Below are positions 31,353 through 42,962 of a DNA stretch of 64,000 bases, piece by piece (within the stretch, counting starts at the first letter, position 1; every line of letters starts with the position of its first letter). Source of the DNA: Psammoneis japonica (lineage: Eukaryota); the NCBI GenBank assembly GCA_008632985.1, contig QPGO01000243.1, positions 1 through 64,000 on the forward strand, read 5' to 3'. The notes below the pieces were generated by a model. The model was not told the origin of the DNA and made no database searches. It saw only the letters and a list, made by a program, of their open reading frames with translations. The translations under genes were made by a program, and so were the position numbers.

Positions 31353-34300
31353 TGGCATGTGTCCGGTCACGTAGGTAGCTCCGAGTTTATGAAAAAAGAA
31401 GGGGCAAAGGAGGAGGAGGAGGAGGAGCGAGAGAGGGAGAGATGCATTCACAGTGTTCAGTGTGTGCAATGCGTTCAACGTGCGTGCACGACGCACAGAC
31501 GACCAGCGCTTCCGACACAGTCGCAGCTCCCCACTTTAGAGAGCAAACACTCTAAAGAACAGCAACGTGCCATGATCTGTCTGAGTCATTGCTCACGGAA
31601 AATTTGCACGCCCACTGATGATGCCACCGTTGAGATGCAACCGCACACCAAGCCAAAACTCCATCACTTTTTGCAGCCGGCTCCACCTCATTTTGTCCAT
31701 TTCCTCTCCAGACCCGACTGCATGCGGAAAGTTCCAGTGTCCAATTTCCCACATCAACAAAGAACATCAAAAGACTCAAGTCATTGAGAGCATTGGCATG
31801 GAAAGGCAGCTGCAAGCCCTTGCAGTCAAAAACATCTGTGCTGAAAAATGGCGGGCAAAATGAAAATGTGAGTGGAACCACGCACACAACAACAACCCAC
31901 TGAGGCCACATGTCACAGCGCACTCACTGTGTCAGCTTCCAGAGGTGGCACTGAGATGCCCCACCCAGTTTTAAGGCCCCAAGTGCTGCCAGTGGTTCGT
32001 GGCATCCGAGCATCCAAGAGGAGGTGAGGAGGCCGTCTGGGCAAGCCTTCGCCTCTCCATTTTGTCCGGCACAAAGCCTGGACTCGTTGGCACACTGCCA
32101 AGATCTCCCTGCATGATGTGGACAAAATTGTGTCTTGGACAATGAAGATTTGATTGCAGAGCCAGAAGAAAGGCTCGTCACAGACCAGACACCTGCACAC
32201 ATGAACGAGACACACAAAAAAGGCTCGTGAGGTGCGCGGCTTTCGTCAAAACGACTCTAAAACTCAATCAATCACAACGCACTCACAGGATTGTCTTTTT
32301 TGGAGCATGTGAAATCTGTCTTACAAACGTCATTGTTGCAAGTGTCTCCAAGGCTCCATCATGTTGTTTTGTTTCCACGGCATGCATTTTTGAGAAGTTG
32401 ACATTCTAAAAAATGACGTGCCATTGTTGTGCACTGACCAAGCCCCCAAGAAGGACATCAAGCAAGTCACAAATCCACCCCAATGTAAATGACAGGTGCG
32501 CCAAAGGATGCAGAGTGGGGTGCAGCACAAGGCTTCCAAATGGATGCACTGTGGTGGTGCAAATGCCGTGAAAAAGTTGCCAACTTTGCCAGAGCTTCAG
32601 TCAACCACGCGAGACAATCAATCGACCTTGCAAGCTGTGACAAAATGCAAAACAACAATCTTCAGCAAGCATTCAAATGGCATAAAATGAGAAAACATGG
32701 AAAGACCTCATCTCGGCAATGTTGTCGACCACTCAGATGTTGCCCGCACCGTGCCTCATTTGAGTTGCGAGTCAAGGCACGCAACCGTTTGCAGCATGTG
32801 CAGCAACCAAAGCACCCCAGGAGACCAAACCAATGCATCAACCTCTTTGTGACAATGACAGAAAGAGATCACCCATGAAAAATGCTTCTGCCCCACGATG
32901 TTTGCCATGCTGAGATGCATCAAAGTGCAGTGTGCATGGCCATTTCTTGTGGCGCGGCATGCCAAATCGGGAGCATTTGAGTGGAATGAAGAAAATGAAG
33001 AGGATTCCCTCTTTTGTGTCATTGCACAACTTGTGCCAGATTGGACTGTTCATTTCTGCTTGTCATCACAGAAATGGAATTTTGTCATTGTGGGATTCTG
33101 CACAAGTTCCAGCACATTTCCCACACAGTTTGTGAAGAGCCACACCTGCACAGCTGGATGATTGCCTGTTCTGGCACATGTCTGGTCATGCAGGTGGCTC
33201 CAAGTTTGTGGAAAAAAAGAAGAGGCAAATGAGGAGGAGGAGCCAGAGAGGGAGAGACGCATTTGCAGTGTTCAGTGTGTGCGCAATGCGTTCAATGTGC
33301 AATGTGCATGCACGATGCACAGACGGCCAGGGCTTCTGATGCAGTCGCAGCTCTCTGCTCTAGAGAGCAAACACTCCAAAGAACAGCAACATGCCATGAT
33401 CCATCCAAATGCATTGTCTGCTGCTTCATTGCTCACGAAAAATTTACATGCCCACTGATGACACCACCGCTGAGATGCAACCACACGTCAAGCCAAAACT
33501 CCATCACTTTTTGCAGAGCCGGCTCTACCTCATTTCATCCATTTTGTCTCTAGACCCAACTGGATGCAGAAAGTTCCAGCATCTAATTTCCCACATCAAC
33601 AAAGAACATCAAAAGACTCAAGTCATGGAGAGCATTGGTGTGGAAAGGCAACTGTGAGCCCTTGCAGTCAAAAACATCCATGCTGAAAAATGACAGGCAA
33701 AATGAAAATGTGAGTGGAACCACACACACACAACAACCATCCACTGAGGCCATGTGTCACAGTGTGCTTCCTGCGACAGCTTCCAGAGGCAGCTCTGAGA
33801 CGCCCCACCCAGTTTTAAGGCCCCAAGTGCCGCCAGCAGTTTGTGGCATCAGAGCATCCAAGAGGAGGCAAGGAGGCTGTCAGGGCAAGCCTCCACCTCT
33901 CCATTTTATCCGGTGCAAAGCCTGGACTTGTGGGCACACTGCCAAGATCTCCCCATGTAACGTGGATAAAATTCTGTCTCAGACAATGAAGCAAATCGAT
34001 TGCAGAGCCAGAAGAAAGGCTTGTCACAGACCAGACACCTGCATGCATGAACGAGACACACAAAAAATGGCTTGTGAGGCACACGACTTTCGTCAAAACG
34101 ACTCTAAAACTCAGTCAATCACAGTGCACTCAAAAGATTGTCTTCTTTGGAGCATGTGAAGTCTGTCTGACAAATGCCACTGTTGCAAGCATCTCCAAGG
34201 CTCCATCACATCATTTTGTTTCCATGGCGTGCACTTTTGAGAAATTGACATTCCAAAAAATGACATGCCATCGTTGTGCGCTGACCAAGCCCCCAAGAAG

Positions 34301-34987
34301 GACATCAAGCAAGTCACAAATCCACAATGTAGATGACAGGTGCACCAAGGGATGCAGAGTGGGGTGAAGCACAAGGCTTCCAAATGGATGCACTGTGGTG
34401 GTGCAAATGCCGTGACAAAGTTGCCAATGTTGCTGAAGCTGCAATCGACCGTACAAGATGATCAATCAACCTTGCAAGCTGTGACAAAATGCAACAACAA
34501 TCTTTGGCAATTGTTCAAATGGCACAAAACAAGAAAATGTAGAAAGAACTTGCCACGGCAATGTTGTCAACCATTCAGATGTCACCCGCATGGCCCCACA
34601 TTTGAGTTGTGAGTCAAGGCACGCAACCGTTTGCAGCATGTGCAGCAACCAAAGCACCCCAGGAGACCAAACCCATGCATCAACCTCTTTGTGACAATGA
34701 CAGAAAGAGATCACCCATGAAAAATGCACCTGCCCCACGATGTTTGCCATGCCCAGATGCATCAAAGTGCAATGTGCATGGCCGTTTCTCATGGCGCAGC
34801 ATGCCAAATCGGGAGCATTTGAGTGGAATGAAGGAAATGAAGAGGATTCCCACTTGTGCCAGATTGGACAGCTCATTTCTGCTTGTCATTGCAGAAATGG
34901 AATTGTGCTGTCACAGGATTCTACACAAGTTCCAGTGCATTTGCTGCGCAGTTTGTGAAAAGCCACCTGTGCAGCTGGACGATTGCC
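31353..34987. repeat. Direct tandem duplication, unit ~1.82 kb (31353-33166 and 33172-34987)
   Basis: Colinear landmarks offset by ~1.8 kb, e.g. AAAGAACATCAAAAGACTCAAGTCAT, CCCCAAGAAGGACATCAAGCAAGTCACAAATCCAC, CAGCTGGAYGATTGCC. Confidence 0.9.
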
Positions 34988-35167
34988 CAAATTGTTGTGG
35001 ACAAAGTTCTGTGGGCCGCACGTTGCATTGCAGTCACCGATGACCAGAGACTGCACAAATTGAATGATGGAAATGTCCAGCAATGTTGGCGTGACCAGAG
35101 GGTTGATCATTGTTGACAAATCATTTGCTTGCGCACACTCAGAGGCACAGTTTGACAACAAAGTTTG

Positions 35168-35206
35168 NNNNNNNNNNNNNNNNNNNNNNNNNNNNNNNNN
35201 NNNNNN
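35168..35206. other. Assembly gap (39 N)
   Basis: Run of N. Confidence 1.
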
Positions 35207-36099
35207 GGTTGTGGGTGAGTCAACCACAACAGTTGCATCATTGTTTGTGTCTTTGCTCTAAGTTTTTTGCCATGAGCAGTGTGAAGAGGTCCAGCTGAAA
35301 CTGGTGAGCAGCTGACAAAAAGTTGACAACCACAGTTGCTGGTGCAGCAGTGCCTCCTTGCAAAACGCAGTGCCGGAGCAGGATGTCGTCAGATTTCAGC
35401 ACCTTTTTGCAACATGGAGTGGGGGTTTTTCCCTGTGTGTTGCAACCTCAAGTGCTGGTTGACTTCTTGGTGGCAGGTTTGGCCACGCTGTTGCTGACAA
35501 GAGCACTGCATCTCAGCTGCCACCTGTTGTCATGCTGCACTGTGCTTCTGTGCATGCTCCAATTTTTGCAGCTGGTGTGGGTGCCAGATCTGCTGTCAGT
35601 TTCCACTCAAACATTGAAAAGCTGTGAAACCAGAAACAGCACAAAGAGAAGCTGCAAAAGGGGGGGGTGGCAGCACAAAGCTGTTTTCAAGGAGAGCAGG
35701 AAGCAGAGTAAATCAAAGAAACTGAAGCCAGCAAAAATGGAGAGGTCAAGAGCATTGGCTCAGATTTGAAGGCTTGAAAAGTCACTGGGTTCTACAATGA
35801 GTCTGTCTGTTGAAGTCTTTCTTGGTTGAGAGCTGTTTTTGGTCTCAGAGGTCATGAGAAAATGACTGCAACTGCACTGTGCTCCATTTCTGACAGATGC
35901 ACATGATGTTTCAGATTTCATTCAACAGGTCATCTGAGGTGAACAAGCATGCATTGCAGACACATGTGCCAGTGGAGAGACTGGTGTGATCTTAAAGTGA
36001 CTCTTCTTTGCAAAGGGAGCAAGCACCACAACATTCCCTCAATTTTGTGGTGGTGGAATTGGAGGGAGGCAAAGGAGTCATCTTGGGTGAGAACAGCAA

Positions 36100-38380
36100 T
36101 TGTTTGAAAAGGTGGAGCTGTGCGCATCTCCGGCAACATTGGCGCAGCACTTTGTGTCCTCAACACTGACAGCCAGAAGTGGTGGATTGGTCAACCAAGG
36201 TGCCACTTTAGCTGGGCAATCACACATGATGGTGTCCCATTCGTGGATTGTGCAGGACCAGCATTTGGAAAACAGCCATCATCCTGCCAAGCAGAAGCTC
36301 ATGGCATGCTGTTGATTGTTTGTTTCGCGTGTCATTTTGTGGAATTTTGCAGGGTCAAATCAACAAACAGAGTTGACAAAGCTTTGGTGTTTTGCTTGGA
36401 TTGCTTGACCCTCACGCCCCCCACCCCAACTCTCGCAGAAGATTCCAACAATGACTGAGATTTCCACTTGCAACATCACAGCGCCAACAACACTCTTGCT
36501 TCCAACTGGGGGGGCACAGTTGACAAAATTCTCCACATGCACATCATCCCCATCCAGTCTCACAATTCAATGGGTGAAAGGCCACCAAGAAAGACATGCT
36601 TCTGTCCACACTCTTCCCTTTCAGGCTTGAGTGAAAATCTGGGTGGATGAGTCAGCCGGTGCTTGCCAACGTCATTGTCCAGGGGATGCTGTGCAAGTGA
36701 TGCCATTTCCCAATTGCTGCACACATTTGTCAGTGGTGTAAGAAGGCACAGTGACTTTGACTTGCAATGCGGTGCTTGTCAAATGACACTCCAAGCAACA
36801 TGTCAATGCAGCCAAGCTTGTTCACAATCTTCTCCCTGCAAACAAGATCCCTCATCAGCATGATCTGGTCCAACCACATCATTGTTTGACCTGCAAACAC
36901 CCAATGAAAGACAGAGATCATGCACTGAGGTGCCCAGACAACAAAGAATGGCAAAAAAAGTTTTTGTGCAAGGTGGCACAAAAGCCACATGTTGTGGGGT
37001 TACAAACAAATGTTCAAATGCAAATTTGAACACATCCAATGACAAATTCACATGGAGCGCATGTCTGAACAAAAATGTCTTTTGGAGTCGCCACTTTCCA
37101 ACATTCTAAACATGCCATGACTCGTGATTCTCCACATGATGATTTCTCCCAAAAACCATCACTGTTTCACATCATCCCCATCCAGTCTCACAATTCTTTT
37201 CCCTTGCAGGCTTGAGTGAATGTCTGAGCAGATGAGTCAGTTGGTGCTTGCCAAGGTCATTGTCCAAGGCATGCTGTGCAAGTGATGCCATTTCCCAATT
37301 GCCACACACATTTGTCAATGGAAGAAGGCACAGTGACTTTGAGTTGCAAGAAACAGATCTGGCATGCAGCTGCTGCTCTCCAGCTGCTGGAGTGCATTGT
37401 CAAGTGCAGTCAGTGGTGCCCTGATGTTGCAGAACTGATGGACTGAAAAGCTCATGCAGTGCTTGTCAAACAGCACTCCAAGCAACATGTCAATTGCAGT
37501 CAAGCTTGTTCACAATCTTCTCCCTGCAAACAAGATCACTCATTGGCGTGATTTGGTCCAACCACATCCTCATTGTTTGCCCTGAAAATGCCCAATGGAA
37601 GACAGAGATCACACACTGAGGTGCCAGGACAATGAAGCATGGCAAAGAAAGTTTTTGCAAGGTGGCACAAAAGCCGTGAGTTGCAGGGTTACAAAAATGT
37701 TCAAATGCCAATTTGAGCACATCCAATGACAAATTCACATGGAATGCATGTCTGAACAAAAATGTCTTTTGGAGTCACCACCATCCAACCTTCCAAACAT
37801 GCCACAACTCATGATTCTCCACATGATGATTTCTCCCAAAAACCATCACCATTTCACATCGTCCCCATCCAGTCTCATAATTCTTTTCCCTTGCAGGCTT
37901 GAGTGAATGTCTGGGCAGATGAGTCAGTCAGTGCTTGCCAAGGTCATTGTCCAAGGCATGCTGTGCAAGTGATGCACCATTTCCCAATTGCCGCGCACAT
38001 TTGTCAGCGGAACAAGGCACAGTGACTTTGAGTTGCAAGAGAAACAGATCTGGCATGCAGCTGCCATTCTCCAGCTGCTGGAGTGCATTGTTGAGCGCTG
38101 TCAGTGGTGCCCCAATGTTGCAGAACTGATCGACTGAAAAGCTCGTGCAGTGCTTGTCAAACAGCACTCCAAGCAACCTGTCAATTGCGGTCAAGCTTGT
38201 TCACAAGCTTTTCCCCCTGCAAACAAGATCACTCATCAGCGTGATTTGGTCCAACCACATCCTCATTGTTTGCCCTGAAAATGCCCAATGGAAGACAGAG
38301 ATCACACACTGAGGTGCCCGGACAATGAAGCACGGCAAAGAAAGTTTTTGCAAGGCGGCACAAAAGCCACGAGTTGTGGG
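36100..38380 (+). mobile_element. Degenerate non-LTR retrotransposon fragment with its RNase H end / Zn-knuckle segment tandemly triplicated (~630-690 bp unit)
   Basis: CAGPAFGKQPSSCQAEAHGML, QWVKGHQE, CPMEDRDHTLRC; anchor CCCCATCCAGTCTCA at ~36548, ~37176 and ~37863. Confidence 0.8.
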
Positions 38381-39107
38381 GTTGCATTGGCGAGAAGGAA
38401 CGAAATTGATGTGCTTTGTGTGTGAGTGGTGGCTGCTGTGTGCCTTGCCAAGAGCCCTGCATGGTTGACCTGCTTCCTCCATGTGAGTGCAGAGTGGCAA
38501 AATGTGCTCTTGGGTCTTCTGGGAAAAGCCTCAGCTGGGGGGTCATTTGCTGCTTTTTCAGCTTGAATTTGGCCAAACAGCTTGTGACTTGCACAATTTT
38601 TCCACTTCTCCATGGTGAAAGGCATCAGGCCACAGTCTGTGTTGGAGGTGGCCTGTCCACCCACTGTCCTTTGTTTTGTGCTCGTTCTTGTTGTGTGCGT
38701 CAAGCCCAAATGTCACACACGCACAAACACACACACACATGCCACCAAATGTTTGTGTGGACCATGGGCACTCCTGCTGCATTTTAGAGAAACATTTGTG
38801 ATTGCCAGCATTGTCATGGTGCCTCGGTCATGGCATCATCAGGCCCAGGTGTGAGCATTTTTTGCACTAAAAAACAAACACCACAGACAACCTCGTTAGG
38901 GTGCAGAGGCGCAGCTCCAGGACAAGCTCGGACTCGGGGTCCCCAGAAAAAAAAATCATTCCAAGATGATGATGTTGTGAGTTTGAGCTGATGGAACCAT
39001 TCCCTTTGATGCCGTTCCTCCTCAGTTTGTGCCGAAAATGTTTCACTTCTCGCGCTTGTGACTTGTGACAAACTACGGTGCACAACATGATGGGTCGACT
39101 TTGAAAG

Positions 39108-39172
39108 AGAATCATGAATCTTTGGAATCTTTGAATTTTATCGAATATTCAGGAATATTCGACAAAGATTCA
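39108..39172. promoter_or_regulatory. Cluster of candidate phosphate-starvation TF sites upstream of SPX
   Basis: GAATATTC twice (39143-39150, 39153-39160; fits GNATATNC) and TGAATCTT on both strands (39115-39122; 39165-39172 reverse). Confidence 0.6.
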
Positions 39173-39337
39173 GGGCACGCGTCACTTTTTTGTTCTTTGC
39201 TCGTTCGTACTGAAACGTGTAGAAATCCACGTAATCTGGCGCGGGTCATACTTCCGCTCTTCAACTTGCGCTTTTGACTCGTTTTCGATCGAAAAAATCA
39301 ACACAAAAACCGAACGATTCATCATCGGCATGAGACA

Positions 39338-40901
39338 ATGAAGTTCTGTAAGAACCTCCAGCGGGTGGTCGACATATCAGATCCAGAATGGGCACCGTAT
39401 TGGACCAACTACAAGATGCTCAAGGTAAGTGGATCGTTTGTTCAATCTCAACACGAATGAATGATGCTTTCGCACTTGGCTCCGTCGACTTCATGTCATT
39501 CTTCATCACGCCCACAAGACTGTTTCGATTTTCAATCTAAGTTTTCTGGATTCCTTTTGATTATTTAACGTCATGACGTACTTATTTCTGAATATGTTAA
39601 GTGATGTCATTGTCGCACTTAATATCTTGATTTTGATTGGCTCAAAGATGTTTTTGAATGAAAGTTTGGATGAATCTTGCGTCATTTGACGTTAAATAAA
39701 TTGGAATCTAGAATCTTTGTTTTGTAAATTTGTTTTCCTTCCACGAAAAATGACTTGTAAGAATTGAACTTACATACTCAATGACACCCTCTTCCGTCGT
39801 TGTTTTTTTTGCCATTGCAACAGAAATTAATCAAAGAATTACCATCGCTGGTGCCTTCCGATGATGGGACAAAGGCACAGAGAGCACGTGCTGCGTCGAT
39901 GGAAGGAACTCGGGCCGCCTCACCGTCCTTGTCGGTGGATTCGGCTTTGTCTGCTGGACGACAACAACAACAACAACAACACGGCGACAAAACTACAGAG
40001 ACTGCGGTGGTTGTAAATCCTGAAGGAGGAGAATCAAATGAAGCAGATGGGGTTGCTAGGCTAGAAACAAATGAGAACGCAGCTAGTTATATTGGAAAGA
40101 GCCCGGGGGAAGTTGCGTTTTTCAAATTATTGCATACCGAATTCAACAAGGCAACGCACTTTTTCGCACGAGCAGAGCAGGAATTTGTTATTCGAGAAGA
40201 GCGAGTCCGAGAGGGTATGAGGATTATGAAGCAACCGAATTCAATCATGGTTAGCGAAAAGTGGTCGCTCCTGGCGAAGAGTCTGTATCGATTGTATAAG
40301 GATTTGTTGTTGCTCGAGACCTTTGCCATTATGACTTATTGCTCTTTTTCAAAAATTCTGAAGAAACACGACAAGGTTACTGGTTATAATACCCGTGCCA
40401 AATTCATGGCAAATGTGGTGAGCAAGGCGAACTTTACAAATTATCCTTTGGTTCTGGAAATGATTAGTAGGTGCGAGCAGCTATACGAGGAGGTTTCAGC
40501 AAAGTTGATTCAAGAAGGAAAGCAGGGGCTTTTTGATTGATGAAAGACTTTTCATCAACATGATCCACAGACTCAATGAGCAGTGCATGGATACCGCCGA
40601 TGGAGAGGGTGCGGAACGCAAGGAAGTAAAGAGGTCAATCGGGAATGACGTCGCGTCGCTACCGGGAAATAGGCGTGAAAGCGAAGCAACGTCTTCTTTA
40701 CGATCTCTGGTGGAGGAAAACGACAAAAAGAATATGCTAGCGCAAGTATCCGAAGGCGCAACAGGAGTTGACTACGATGATTGCTGTGATGACTGCTCAA
40801 CATCGGTTGCTGAGGGTAGTCAGAAAAGACCAGCATCAGACATGAGTTATTATGAGACCGGGGAGAAAGAACAAAAGAGACCCAGATCACATGAGTCGTG
40901 A
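39338..40901 (+). CDS. SPX: Stand-alone SPX-domain protein (phosphate sensing)
   Basis: Exon 1 MKFCKNL...PEWAPYWTNYKMLK (39338-39424), intron 39425-39823, exon 2 KLIK...FFKLLHTEFNKATHFF...FSKILKKHDK. Apparent frameshift near 40535. Confidence 0.9.
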
Positions 40902-41464
40902 AAACAAAGTAAGAAGAGAGCTCTTCGAGGAAATTTTTCGTTAAGACTTTAATATTTATAGCTATGATTCATGAGGAACTTGCGGGTAGTTCTGATTGTG
41001 ACGATATTCAGCATCAAAGCACAGGCTCGACGAAAACATGCTTCGAGAACACTATCGTTGTGGCTTGACTAAAAATGATGATTCGTTGGCAAATAATAAG
41101 CCCACCGCGCGCACTGCGATTTAGAGAAGTGCTGACCCCACCAATAATCACCGTAAAACAATAGCTTTTAGGGCCCTAAGTCACAGCATATGGCCCTATG
41201 ATAGACAAGGCGTACGCTACCCGTTGCGGGTAGCTCTCTCAAGGAAGAATTCACATGTTTCCACAGTCTATGACCTCTACTACTACTAGCTAGCTCATCC
41301 CTAGCTCTAGCTCGAGAGTATCCGTGCTTTGTACGTAACGTACGTTTACATTGAGACTTGACCCTGCAAACTGCAAACTTAGTTTGAGCTACGAGCTATA
41401 GAAAAACTGGTGATTACCGGTGTCAAAAAAAAATGACAGAACCGCTTCAGCAACAGAGAGCGCA

Positions 41465-42546
41465 ATGACAGAGCAGAACAACAGCCCTGTTGATGCCGAG
41501 AAGGGCCGACCGACAATCTCTAGGCTCGGCCCGCCACCATCAAAGCTAAACGCATTCATAATCAACACAACCGGTGCTCTCGAAAACTGTGATGTGGAGG
41601 ATGCCGTCTCGAAGCGTGACAAGGGCTCTTATTGGATTGACGCATCCGTTTACAGTGGTCGCGATGCTTTAGAGCTACAAAACCTTCTCGACGATTTGAA
41701 TTTGTCGCCGTTTTTGCGGCAACACCTTGCTCAACCAAAACAGCTTCAGACGAGTCAAGTGTTGACTCTGAGCTCTGCAGCGCTAATTGTGTTGCGAGTC
41801 TTGTCGTTGGAGGACGATTCAAAAGAAATACAATATGTTGTTGCCTTGTGTCGAGAGGATTTATTGCTCACCATAACCGTGTGTCAAGAATGTGCCGAGA
41901 TGGTTGCTGCCGGAAAGATCATGTCGCAGAGAGCTCTCAAATACATGCAAGCCATGGAACTCCCTCAGCCTCGACGTCTGGAGCATTAGCCACGTGGATG
42001 ATGTTTCATCTAGAAAGAGTGTCTCGCGCTCTGGGTAGGCTAAGAAGTCATATTTTCGATCTGGATGAAATGCAGGAGAAAAATGTCAAGTCCGTCAGTC
42101 TTGCGGATATCTCAGGTGTTAAGGACGAGCTCTTGCGATTGACGGCTGTGGCAGAAGAACAATCTGAATGTGTTCAGTCGGTGGCCGAGAGAGAATCCAT
42201 TACGTCCTCAATTGATTTCTCGCAACTACGTGGTACCCTTGGATTTATACGCCACACGGCTGAATACGCGGAACGCATGGCTATTCGCCTAGAGAAGCGA
42301 GTTTCCCATCTCCGAGAAGCTTACGACGCACATCAGCAGGAGAAGATGAACCGTCGCCTATCGGTTCTGACTATATTTTCTGCTATCTTTTTACCAATCT
42401 CTCTCATGGCGGGTATTTGGGGAATGAATTTTGCAAACATGCCGGGATTGGATGCCGAGAATGGGTACTACTTTGCTCTCGGATCGATGCTGCTGGTTGC
42501 AGTTGTTATGATCTTGTCCTTTTACTATTTTGGATGGTTCAGCTAA
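41465..42546 (+). CDS. CorA-family Mg2+/divalent cation transporter
   Basis: MNRRLSVLTIFSAIFLPISLMAGIWGMNFANMPGL with the GMN motif and two C-terminal TM helices; frameshift near 41970. Confidence 0.88.
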
Positions 42547-42962
42547 TGATGGGTTACCTATAAATCTTAATATAACAGTTTCATATTTCACATGTACTAA
42601 AGACCGAATTGTCCCACCTTCCCCGTCGTTCAGGCATCGCTTCCGGCGAAGAATGCCATCTCCGCCATTGCATCTCTTGCATCGCACATGAGGGAGTTTT
42701 TGACACACGCAAAGGTGTCTGCAGAACCAGGGTGCGCAACCAGCGCCAAAAACACGCATCTTGCGTTTCTGCTGTCGACGCCTTCGCCTTAACTCTTACT
42801 GTTCCTTTTCTCTCTAGCCGGAGTTTTGAATCATGCGGTCCTTCTTCTTTCATGTGCTTTGTTTTTCATTTCGCATTCGTGATTGCTGCAATGACTACGC
42901 TATCTGTGGGCAGACCCGTCGTTACCTTTTGGTAGTATGCTGTCGTCCTTAGATTCTTGTTT

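Larger units (their letters stand above)
31400..39050. repeat. Transposon-rich, TpA/CpG-depleted block 2
   Basis: Same dinucleotide signature as block 1; contains tandem duplications and a LINE remnant. Edges approximate. Confidence 0.9.

Noticed and set aside
6500..39050. Hundreds of short Cys/His-rich ORFs in all six frames within the two repeat blocks
   Set aside because: Expected by-product of TpA loss: TAA/TAG stops vanish and TGY/CAY codons rise. Not treated as genes or metal-binding peptides.
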